This document shows positions 56,403 through 64,000 of a stretch of 64,000 bases of DNA, in pieces (position 1 is the first letter of the stretch; every line of letters begins with the position of its first letter). Under the pieces are notes generated by a model. The model was not told the DNA's origin. It saw only the letters and a list, made by a program, of their open reading frames with translations, and ran no database searches. The stretch is from Limisphaerales bacterium (GTDB lineage: Bacteria; Verrucomicrobiota; Verrucomicrobiia; Limisphaerales; JAJOIW01): positions 128,001 through 192,000 of the forward strand of contig CBFHOE010000007.1 of assembly GCA_965657355.1 (NCBI GenBank), in the 5' to 3' direction. Both the position numbers and the translations under genes were made by a program.

Positions 56403-57782
56403 ATGAACACCGAAGAATTAAGAAGAAATTCCTTTTGTATTATCTGCGTATTTTTAATTTCATTTCTCAATGCAGTTACAGAAGAGTGGCCGAATTACCT
56501 TGGCAAGGATCTTGATGGCATTTGGAATGAATCAGGCATCTCACTCGATATTAAAAAGCACCCTCCGCGTCTTGTTTGGTCCACCAAAATTAGCAGCGGA
56601 TACTCAGGCCCTTCTGTATCGGGAAAATATGTCTATGTATCTGATTTTCAAGCTGAGCCATACGACCCAGGCGAGCTTTCCCCAGGAACAAATATCAATT
56701 TTGTAAGAGGCACCATTAAAGGAAAAGAACGACTCATATGTCTCAATGAACAAAATGGAAAGATAAAGTGGACACATAGCCATGATCAGACATACACATC
56801 GGCTTATGCCTACGCTATAGGCCCACGCACCACCCCACTTATAGACGAGGATTTGGTGTTCACTCTCGGTGCCGAGGGACAACTGACGGCTTACCAAGCC
56901 AAATTAGGTGTTCCCACTTGGACCAGAAACCTCATAAAAGATTTTGAATTTTCAAATCCGGAATGGGGAACGTCAACTCATCCCATAGTTCACAAAAATT
57001 TATTAATTTGTATCGCAGGGGGAGAAGGATCAGCGGTGGTCGCTTTCAATAAAAAAACCGGTGAAGTCGTATGGAAAGCACTCAACTCCAAGAAATCTGG
57101 ATATAGTACATTGGTAATTAGGATAATTAATGGCATAGAAAGTCTGCTGGTCTGGCATGGGGAATCAGTTAACGCATTGGATCCAGATAACGGAAATCTA
57201 ATCTGGAGCGTCCCTTTTAAGCCCACTTATGGCATGTCAATTGCCGCCCCAGTAGTATGGAAAAACCTTGTTTATGTTATGGGATTTAGCGCTAAGTCTG
57301 GAGTCATTGAAGTATCCGAGGGGGGAGAAGCTGCAAGACTACTGTGGGGACCAAGTCCTCGACTTGGTGTGGCAGGAGTTTTCAATACACCATTCATAAA
57401 AAATGGAATTATATATTCAGGTGGGAGACGGGGTATTTTCAAAAGCGTTCAAATGCTAACAGGAGAAACACTCTGGGAAGATTCAACAGCATTACTGAAA
57501 GCTGATGGATCAGGCAAAGGAGGTTGGTTAAGTGCCTTTACTGTTCACCATGAACCATCTGGTAAGACTCTGATTTTAAATGACCATGGAGAGCTTATCA
57601 TATCCACGCTCACCCCAGAAAAATTTCGTGAAGAAGCCCGCATGCAACTTATAGAGCCAACACATTTAGTGTCTGGCAGAAAGCTTGTTTGGTCTCACCC
57701 AGCCTTTGCTCATGGAAAAATATACTGTCGAAATGATAAAGAAATCAGATGTTGGGATTTTTCATTTAATGAGACAAGGTAA
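56403..57782 (+). CDS. PQQ-like beta-propeller repeat protein (PVC-type)
   Basis: Signal peptide, EWPNYLG, GYSGPSV, GPRTTP, repeated AxDxxTGxxxW motifs, WSHPAFAHGKIYCRN. Confidence 0.88.
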   Translation: MNTEELRRNSFCIICVFLISFLNAVTEEWPNYLGKDLDGIWNESGISLDIKKHPPRLVWSTKISSGYSGPSVSGKYVYVSDFQAEPYDPGELSPGTNINFVRGTIKGKERLICLNEQNGKIKWTHSHDQTYTSAYAYAIGPRTTPLIDEDLVFTLGAEGQLTAYQAKLGVPTWTRNLIKDFEFSNPEWGTSTHPIVHKNLLICIAGGEGSAVVAFNKKTGEVVWKALNSKKSGYSTLVIRIINGIESLLVWHGESVNALDPDNGNLIWSVPFKPTYGMSIAAPVVWKNLVYVMGFSAKSGVIEVSEGGEAARLLWGPSPRLGVAGVFNTPFIKNGIIYSGGRRGIFKSVQMLTGETLWEDSTALLKADGSGKGGWLSAFTVHHEPSGKTLILNDHGELIISTLTPEKFREEARMQLIEPTHLVSGRKLVWSHPAFAHGKIYCRNDKEIRCWDFSFNETR

Positions 57783-57813
57783 TCATTTATCAGCTACCAA
57801 ACTCCGATATTAG

Positions 57814-60225
57814 TTATTCTGTAAATTTGTAGGAATACAAGTCGGCATCCTGCATATAAAATTTTAGTTGAATAGGTTTCCCATTTAATTTTGATAAAGA
57901 GCTTTTGGTAGAGCCATCCCAATGAACTTTTCTGCTCAAGTGATCTCCAAGTAACTCCACACAATCTTCCTTAGAGAAACCTGGAATAGGGTTTCCACCT
58001 GGTTCGACTATCTCAACAAAAATATTTCCACCGGCACTTGTCTCGAAATTTAGTTCGAGTGAATTACCTTCGAAAACAACTGGAGTAGTCGTAAGTATTC
58101 CTGGTGTTGAGTTTGCAGAGATGGAGGCAAATCCATCTGTACGCAGGACATACCTAGTCAGATGCGCAGACTCTTGTCCATAATGAGATAACCTATAAAT
58201 ATACATTTGGTAGGGATCATCGAGGGAAGGAACAACACCTAATCCCAGGGCATTGGAGCGGCTAATCCAATCTCTCAAACCAGTGCCGGGCCTCACAAAA
58301 CCAGTTTGAAAAGTACGATCAAATTCAAGTTGACTGCGACTACTTAAAAATATGGAGTCCGCAGTATCTTTTCTGTAGTTGGGATCTTTTACCAATGATT
58401 CTGCAACCTGCTTATCTATGGCAACTTTTCCCGGAAAAAAACGTTTAGGAAAGGCAACATACATATGAGGGGCGCGAAAATAAGGCTGGGTCTGGTTTGT
58501 ATAAAGATGCTCTCCAGGAAGATTAGCTAATGTGTCCTTGGGAGACGTCCACGATTTTAAGTCAGATGACTGGACTCGATAAACTTTTCTCAAACCGCTG
58601 ATAAATCTGCGGTAATAAAGAATGTATGCCTCTTCTGCTTCGGACCAAAATCCAACATTTTGAGAATCAAATGCCCATCCGTTTTTAAAATCATCTCTAA
58701 AAACGGGCCCCTCACCTTTTTGGCTCCAATTTACACCGTCTGCAGAGACCATCAGAAACAAGCCATTTTCATCGTTACCACCAAAAGCTTTAAAGCGTTC
58801 ATTGGGTTCCACTCCTGGCCGCAAATCTACGAATGGTGAAAAGTTATGACAAGCAGGATGCCTTGCGAGAATAATATTGTTTTTTGAAAAACCCATGTGG
58901 TTATAAATGGAATATTCAGGCTTATGCCAATTGATACCATCAATACTTGTAGCATGGCAGGTGACCTCGACTTCTTCAGTATGCCTAGCGACAGGTAAAC
59001 CGCGGTAATACAGGTGGTAAATTTTTTTGTCCTTGATCACAGTAGGATAACCCGCAAATACACCTTCCCAGGGCTTATCAAACGGCAGGCAATTACCTGC
59101 CCTTACTGGATCCTTTAATTCATGAGCTAGCCCCTCGACGGAACTCACTAATTCCGTGTCCAAAAATAATTCTCTTCTTTGCCCTATAACGGATTGACTT
59201 AATGAAGGAATCTTTAGTTTGGCTAAATAAATAGCACTTTTACTCTGATGAGAGCTGTAATAACTCACCCAAAGTTTATCCTCTTGGATAACCATCCCAG
59301 CATAACTTGTATCACCATTGCTCGGTAGGCGCAGCGCTGGCGTGTAATCTCCATTATCAGGATCAATAAATCCTAATTCCGTCTTGTTTCCCCCTGACAA
59401 ATATCTTCGAACGCATGCCAGCAACCTGCCATTTGGCAAAACAACCATAGCAGGGCCGCCAATACGAATCGGCATTCTTTTCCACTCCCAGTCAATATAC
59501 GGATAATCGCTCGTGCCTAGCAGACCATTAGTGGCATTTCCGGCCTGGGGATTATCTCGCCTCAGCAGCATATATGCTTTCCCATTTCTATCAAAAGATA
59601 GCGCATGCTCATTACTTTTATCACCGGGGGGCCGAATGTGTGTCAGCAAAGTATTGTATTCCATTCCATCCTTCGTTTTATAAAGTACGGTTTTATCTTT
59701 AGAACCACCTCGATATCCCAAAGCTAGTCCTGTATTTTTGATCCACGAGGTTTGCCATATCCACGTACCTGAGTCGCCGATCTTTTTGGCTTGGCTCCAA
59801 TTTCTTCCATCTTTTGAGATAAATGAGACAGAATAGCTTGTATCTATTCTTTCCTCTCCGTTAGCGTCGACATTGTATACCCAGGAGTTCAGCAGGAGAT
59901 TTCCATCCGGAGTTATAGATAACTTTGCGTCTCTGAGGTCACGATTTTCAACTTCAAGCAAAGCTACAGATTCCCATTCCTGGCCATCTCGGGATTCGAT
60001 AACTCGGACCTTTCCATAGTCATTCGGCTGTGCGTGTGTTTTCCCCTCTCTGAATGCGCAATACCAACGCCCACGAAAATACTCAAGATCCGTAAACGCA
60101 TTATGATTGGCTCGATCCCAAATTTTATTTACTTCCAGCAGTTGAAGCTCTTCACATAGAACCTCTCTATTTGGAAAAGTTAAAATGATGAGAATATATA
60201 ATATGAAGAACGAAATTCTTTTCAT
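57814..60225 (-). CDS. Two-domain exported protein: sialidase-like (BNR) propeller fused to a second glycoside-hydrolase-like propeller + beta-sandwich
   Basis: N-domain HNAFTDL...CAFREG, SRDGQEW, SKDGRNW, LPSNGDTSYAG, SYYSSH; C-domain RRELFLD, PWEG, SIDGINW, SADGVNW, FDSQN, RTDGFAS. Confidence 0.72.
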   Translation of the reverse strand: MKRISFFILYILIILTFPNREVLCEELQLLEVNKIWDRANHNAFTDLEYFRGRWYCAFREGKTHAQPNDYGKVRVIESRDGQEWESVALLEVENRDLRDAKLSITPDGNLLLNSWVYNVDANGEERIDTSYSVSFISKDGRNWSQAKKIGDSGTWIWQTSWIKNTGLALGYRGGSKDKTVLYKTKDGMEYNTLLTHIRPPGDKSNEHALSFDRNGKAYMLLRRDNPQAGNATNGLLGTSDYPYIDWEWKRMPIRIGGPAMVVLPNGRLLACVRRYLSGGNKTELGFIDPDNGDYTPALRLPSNGDTSYAGMVIQEDKLWVSYYSSHQSKSAIYLAKLKIPSLSQSVIGQRRELFLDTELVSSVEGLAHELKDPVRAGNCLPFDKPWEGVFAGYPTVIKDKKIYHLYYRGLPVARHTEEVEVTCHATSIDGINWHKPEYSIYNHMGFSKNNIILARHPACHNFSPFVDLRPGVEPNERFKAFGGNDENGLFLMVSADGVNWSQKGEGPVFRDDFKNGWAFDSQNVGFWSEAEEAYILYYRRFISGLRKVYRVQSSDLKSWTSPKDTLANLPGEHLYTNQTQPYFRAPHMYVAFPKRFFPGKVAIDKQVAESLVKDPNYRKDTADSIFLSSRSQLEFDRTFQTGFVRPGTGLRDWISRSNALGLGVVPSLDDPYQMYIYRLSHYGQESAHLTRYVLRTDGFASISANSTPGILTTTPVVFEGNSLELNFETSAGGNIFVEIVEPGGNPIPGFSKEDCVELLGDHLSRKVHWDGSTKSSLSKLNGKPIQLKFYMQDADLYSYKFTE

Positions 60226-60252
60226 TGGATTATTTAAAATAAGTATTTCCAG

Positions 60253-61617
60253 TTAGACATTAAAGTTTGCTTCCCAGCCTTTTCTATAATCACGGCGCAA
60301 CCATTTATTGGCTTCTGGAAAATTGGTAAATTGAAAAGAATTTGAATCCCATTCAAGTTTTTTATGTTCTAATTTTTCACGTAATTCAGCACGCAGTGCC
60401 ACATTGCCGAGAAGAACTGTTTCCGTGAGAGGACCCGCCCACTCAAATTGAGACCCCGGGATGCCCTTACCTTTACAAGCCTCTATCCATTCCCTGTGAT
60501 GGCCAACAGACCTAGCTAGCTTTTTAGTTGGAGATCCAACCTCCTGATTGAGTTTCTCTGGATAAAGGCGCCACTTATTCCAATCTGTGTATATAATGCC
60601 GTCTTCCCCTTTTAGAATTATCCCATTGTCACCTATTCGATCTCCATCCGCCATTTCTTTTGGCCTATTGGGACGAAGCCCTCCATCATACCAGGTGAGC
60701 TTTAAATCTGAAAAACCATTCCTTTTCGGAAAATAATAAGTAATCATAGACGCCAGTGGATAGGTTTCTTTATTGACTCTAGATGATGTGGCTTCGACTG
60801 ATTTTGGGGCACCAAGATGAAGAGCACGGAAGACCGGATCAAAAAAGTGACAGGCTATATCACCCAACGCGCCCGTCCCAAAGTCCCACCACCCTCTCCA
60901 TTTAAATGGAAGGTAAGCAGGGTTGTAGGGTCGAAGCGGTGCAGGCCCAAGCCATAAATCCCAGTCCACAGAGGCCGGAACCTCCATTTTCGTATGAGGC
61001 CGCGAGATACCTTGCGGCCAATATTCACCAAAAATTCCTTTAGATGCCCTGTCTGTCCAAACTTCGACCTCGGTAATATTGCCGACAACACCATCCATGA
61101 CATATTCTTGGACCCGACGAGTCTCGTCAGTGGCTTGAGCTTGATTTCCCATTTGGGTAGCAACCCCAGATATTCGTGCTGCTCGAGTTAACTCTCGAGC
61201 TTCCCAAACGGAGTGGGTTAAAGGTTTCTCAGTATAAAGATGTTTCTTTCTCTCTAAAGCCTCCATTGAGGCGTGAAAATGGTGATGATCGGGTGTTGCG
61301 ACTATGACAGCATCAATTTCAGATGACATCTCATCAAACATTTTTCTGTAATCTCGAAACTTTTTAGCTTTAGGATATCTATTATAAGTTCCACTGGCCC
61401 TATTGTCATCGACATCGCACAATCCGATAATGCTCTCTGAGCTTACGCTATTGATATCCGAGGCTGCTTTACCACCAGCCCCTATGCTCACTATGTTTAA
61501 TTTTTCGTTTTGGGCGTAGGTTCTGGCGGAACCACTTTGTAAAATCATAAATGCGCAGGCACTTTGCTTTAAAAATGTCCTGCGATCAAAACTTGAAGAG
61601 CCTTTCCGTCTTTTCAT
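60253..61617 (-). CDS. Gfo/Idh/MocA-family oxidoreductase with Tat signal
   Basis: DRRTFLK, IGAGG, ATPDHHH, EKPLTH, TQMGNQ, WDLWLGPAP, WRGWWDFGTGALGDIACH. Confidence 0.93.
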   Translation of the reverse strand: MKRRKGSSSFDRRTFLKQSACAFMILQSGSARTYAQNEKLNIVSIGAGGKAASDINSVSSESIIGLCDVDDNRASGTYNRYPKAKKFRDYRKMFDEMSSEIDAVIVATPDHHHFHASMEALERKKHLYTEKPLTHSVWEARELTRAARISGVATQMGNQAQATDETRRVQEYVMDGVVGNITEVEVWTDRASKGIFGEYWPQGISRPHTKMEVPASVDWDLWLGPAPLRPYNPAYLPFKWRGWWDFGTGALGDIACHFFDPVFRALHLGAPKSVEATSSRVNKETYPLASMITYYFPKRNGFSDLKLTWYDGGLRPNRPKEMADGDRIGDNGIILKGEDGIIYTDWNKWRLYPEKLNQEVGSPTKKLARSVGHHREWIEACKGKGIPGSQFEWAGPLTETVLLGNVALRAELREKLEHKKLEWDSNSFQFTNFPEANKWLRRDYRKGWEANFNV

Positions 61618-61728
61618 TTTGCTTTATATGGATACTGAGATATGATTTCGCATCCCCCGACAACCAGCAAGTACAAAGCGGATAATTTTCATGAGAAGCC
61701 GACAAGTTATATTCTGTTTACACTCTAG

Positions 61729-63174
61729 TTGGTATGGGAAAATGGCATTTTGAACGGGCAAACAAAAAAATCTAAAACTAGAAATTCCTCTTTATATCAA
61801 TGGATTCATTTGCGAATTCTAAGAGTCACCTTTATTTATTCTAAAAGTCAAAGATTACGTATGAAAAAGAATAAACCTAATAACAACAAAGTACGAACCG
61901 TAAATTTGGCGGGTCCCTTTTTACCCCTCTTCTTAACATATCTTATCTATATTTCCAGTGGACTCGCCTATGAAAAGGCCAAAGATCAAAAGAACTATTC
62001 GAGCATTGCGAATAGAATTAGTGAGGAGATTCAAAAAGGTAATATTGTTGGAGCGGCTCACCTGGTCGTTCAAGACGGTGAGGCTATTTTTGAATATTAC
62101 GGCGGTGCAAGCGACGCGGAGGATAACTCTCCAATCAAGAACGATACGATAGTCAGGATTTATTCGATGAGCAAACCCATAACATCGGTTGCAGCTATGA
62201 AGCTCTACGAGGAAGGAAAATTTAAACTTGAGGATCCAATTTCTAAATATATCCCAGCGTTTAAGAATTCTACAGTGATGGTAGAGACGGATGGCGTATG
62301 GAAACGGGTAAAACCAAAGCGACAAATAAACGTTAGAGATGTATTCACTCACTCGACTGGCTATGGTTACGGAGCGTTTTCACCCATTCCTGGACTAGAG
62401 GCTTCCTATAAGAAATACGGAATGAAATATCGCGGGCCGGCTGGAATGTTTCCTCCGGATATGACAATAGAAGAAGCTGCTAATGCACTCGCAAAAATCC
62501 CAGCAAAACACCATCCAGGTGAAAAGTTTACATACGGATTCAGCACCGATTTACTCGGCCGCCTCATTGAAGTTTGGTCTGGAAAATCATTGGATGTTTA
62601 CTTGAGGGAGTCTTTATTTAATCCATTAGGCATGACTGATACAGGTTTTAAAGTCCCAGCTTCGAAAATGAATAGATTTGCAAGCTGCCACACTTACAAA
62701 AACGGCAAACAGTCTATCATTGATAAATCTGCAAAAAGCCCTTACCTGAAAGGTTTTAAATTTTTATCTGGTGGTGGCGGGCTTGTCTCTACCATGGAGG
62801 ATTATTCAAAATTTTGCAGTATGCTTGCCAATTCCGGAAGATTTCAAAACCAGCAAATTCTCAGTAAGAAAACCATGGAGTTGATTTTTCAAAACCATCT
62901 TACTGAAGATAAAAACCAAAAGTCAGGAGGATTCAAATTTGGTTTAGGTTTCGCCATTGGCAATGAAACTTTTGGCAACGGCGATCTATCGGTCTCTGCA
63001 AAAAGATATTCTTGGGGGGGTTACGCTTCCACAGATTTCCATGTCGTGCCGAGTCGAAATTTTTACCAAATTTTTATCCGGCAAACAATTCCCACACGCT
63101 CGGGACTAGCTAGAGAGCTTTTCAAAGACGTGTATCAAATGACTCCGGCTTCAGATATAAAGGGTCCGCGATAA
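61729..63174 (+). CDS. Beta-lactamase-fold serine hydrolase (class C / family VIII esterase-like); start probably ATG 61861
   Basis: RIYSMSKP (SxxK), THSTG, PGEKFTYG, PLGMTDTGF, SGGGGLVST, WGG. Confidence 0.9.
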   Translation: MVWENGILNGQTKKSKTRNSSLYQWIHLRILRVTFIYSKSQRLRMKKNKPNNNKVRTVNLAGPFLPLFLTYLIYISSGLAYEKAKDQKNYSSIANRISEEIQKGNIVGAAHLVVQDGEAIFEYYGGASDAEDNSPIKNDTIVRIYSMSKPITSVAAMKLYEEGKFKLEDPISKYIPAFKNSTVMVETDGVWKRVKPKRQINVRDVFTHSTGYGYGAFSPIPGLEASYKKYGMKYRGPAGMFPPDMTIEEAANALAKIPAKHHPGEKFTYGFSTDLLGRLIEVWSGKSLDVYLRESLFNPLGMTDTGFKVPASKMNRFASCHTYKNGKQSIIDKSAKSPYLKGFKFLSGGGGLVSTMEDYSKFCSMLANSGRFQNQQILSKKTMELIFQNHLTEDKNQKSGGFKFGLGFAIGNETFGNGDLSVSAKRYSWGGYASTDFHVVPSRNFYQIFIRQTIPTRSGLARELFKDVYQMTPASDIKGPR

Positions 63175-63185
63175 AGACTTTCAAT

Positions 63186-64000
63186 TTACTCGGCATTCCG
63201 AGCCACTCGAAAGCCAATATTTTCTAGGCATGCTTCAGGGTTGGAAAACATCCGTCCGGCCGCCTGCCGATTATTGCCTTGAAACCAGGAGCCAGACCTT
63301 AGACCTCGGAAAAGGCCACCAATTAAAGATTCGTTCCATTCCCATACACCATCATTCATACCTTCGATACCAAATGGACTGACCCCATCTTTGTCTTTCC
63401 CGACTGGGTATGGATTTTTTTCGTTCAGATAAAGCTGATAACCATCATCGGGGTCATAGTATGCAGCCTTATACCACTGATCTTCAGTTGGCAGAAAATA
63501 CTGGGCATTTTCGCGCTTCATGACCTGAATCCCAAAAATTCCGTAGGCACCATCCTCCGTTGTCTTTTTTGTCTGTTGACCGAGAGGTTGTCCATTATGC
63601 AACCAATTGCAAAACCGAAGAGCTGAATAGAAATTAACAAATCGAATCGGTTTTCCACCGGAAGACAGAGCATAGTAATAAAAAGATTTACCATCTTTAA
63701 CGCGCTTTGAAAGTCCAATGGAAGCCATCGCCGGGTGATACAATTCATAAACATCTTCCTTGGCGATAGCATTAAGGAATCGGGCGTACTGTTGTATACT
63801 TACTTTTTGAATGGCTAAATCGAATATATGTGAAACACGTCCATATTTCCCCAATCCATAATGATTTCTATCAAAATCGTTGTCAGGAAAACCAATAGTC
63901 ATGGCGTCAATTTTTATATTATCGGTTTCAGGAATAACTTGCCGAAGTGCATTGGTATTTTTTTCGGGAATATGCTCATAGCCCAAAATACTTTGAGAAA
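63186..64000 (-). CDS. SUMF1/FGE-sulfatase-fold domain protein (5' end outside the window)
   Basis: RFCNWLH, LPTEDQWYKAAY, SPFG...GVWEW, RSGSW, IGFRVA; frame is open to the window edge. Confidence 0.8.
   Translation of the reverse strand, partial: SQSILGYEHIPEKNTNALRQVIPETDNIKIDAMTIGFPDNDFDRNHYGLGKYGRVSHIFDLAIQKVSIQQYARFLNAIAKEDVYELYHPAMASIGLSKRVKDGKSFYYYALSSGGKPIRFVNFYSALRFCNWLHNGQPLGQQTKKTTEDGAYGIFGIQVMKRENAQYFLPTEDQWYKAAYYDPDDGYQLYLNEKNPYPVGKDKDGVSPFGIEGMNDGVWEWNESLIGGLFRGLRSGSWFQGNNRQAAGRMFSNPEACLENIGFRVARNAE

Noticed and set aside
61729..63174. Possible antibiotic-resistance beta-lactamase
   Set aside because: Has SxxK but WGG rather than the KTG triad; fits the widespread esterase-like serine hydrolases, so resistance cannot be claimed.
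840..63772. Numerous 60-150-aa ORFs in the six-frame track overlapping long genes
   Set aside because: They lie antisense to or out of frame within well-supported CDSs and show no recognisable motifs; treated as shadow ORFs.
1..64000. rRNA, tRNA, CRISPR arrays, transposases, integrases, prophage genes
   Set aside because: None recognised. Intergenic gaps are short and show no regular repeat-spacer pattern or cloverleaf by eye; a covariance-model scan was not possible.

Overview
Gene-dense, AT-leaning bacterial chromosome segment (about 40% GC by eye). The gene repertoire points to the PVC superphylum, most likely a Verrucomicrobiota member (inference, not a taxonomic search). Both flanks (1-28 kb and 55-64 kb) carry exported degradative and redox genes: four Cys-type sulfatases, two SASA-type esterases, three beta-propeller/HEAT/cytochrome c (CxxCH) proteins, a DUF1549/DUF1553-DUF1501 pair, DUF1080, an FG-GAP/ASPIC-UnbV protein, a Tat oxidoreductase and a serine hydrolase. 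The middle has housekeeping genes (recF, aroE, prepilin peptidase, sixA, GH57 branching enzyme with DUF4912) and a DUF1800-DUF1501 pair. The best candidate for an undescribed system is a 13.6-kb minus-strand cluster (29257-42920). It consists of an ECF sigma factor translationally coupled to a membrane-anchored anti-sigma-like/VWA protein, a second paralogous anti-sigma-like/VWA protein, and a ~2400-aa envelope protein built from two homologous five-module arrays separated by a multi-helix membrane segment. I found no rRNA, tRNA, CRISPR array, transposase or phage gene. All family calls are motif recognition by eye; no database search was run.
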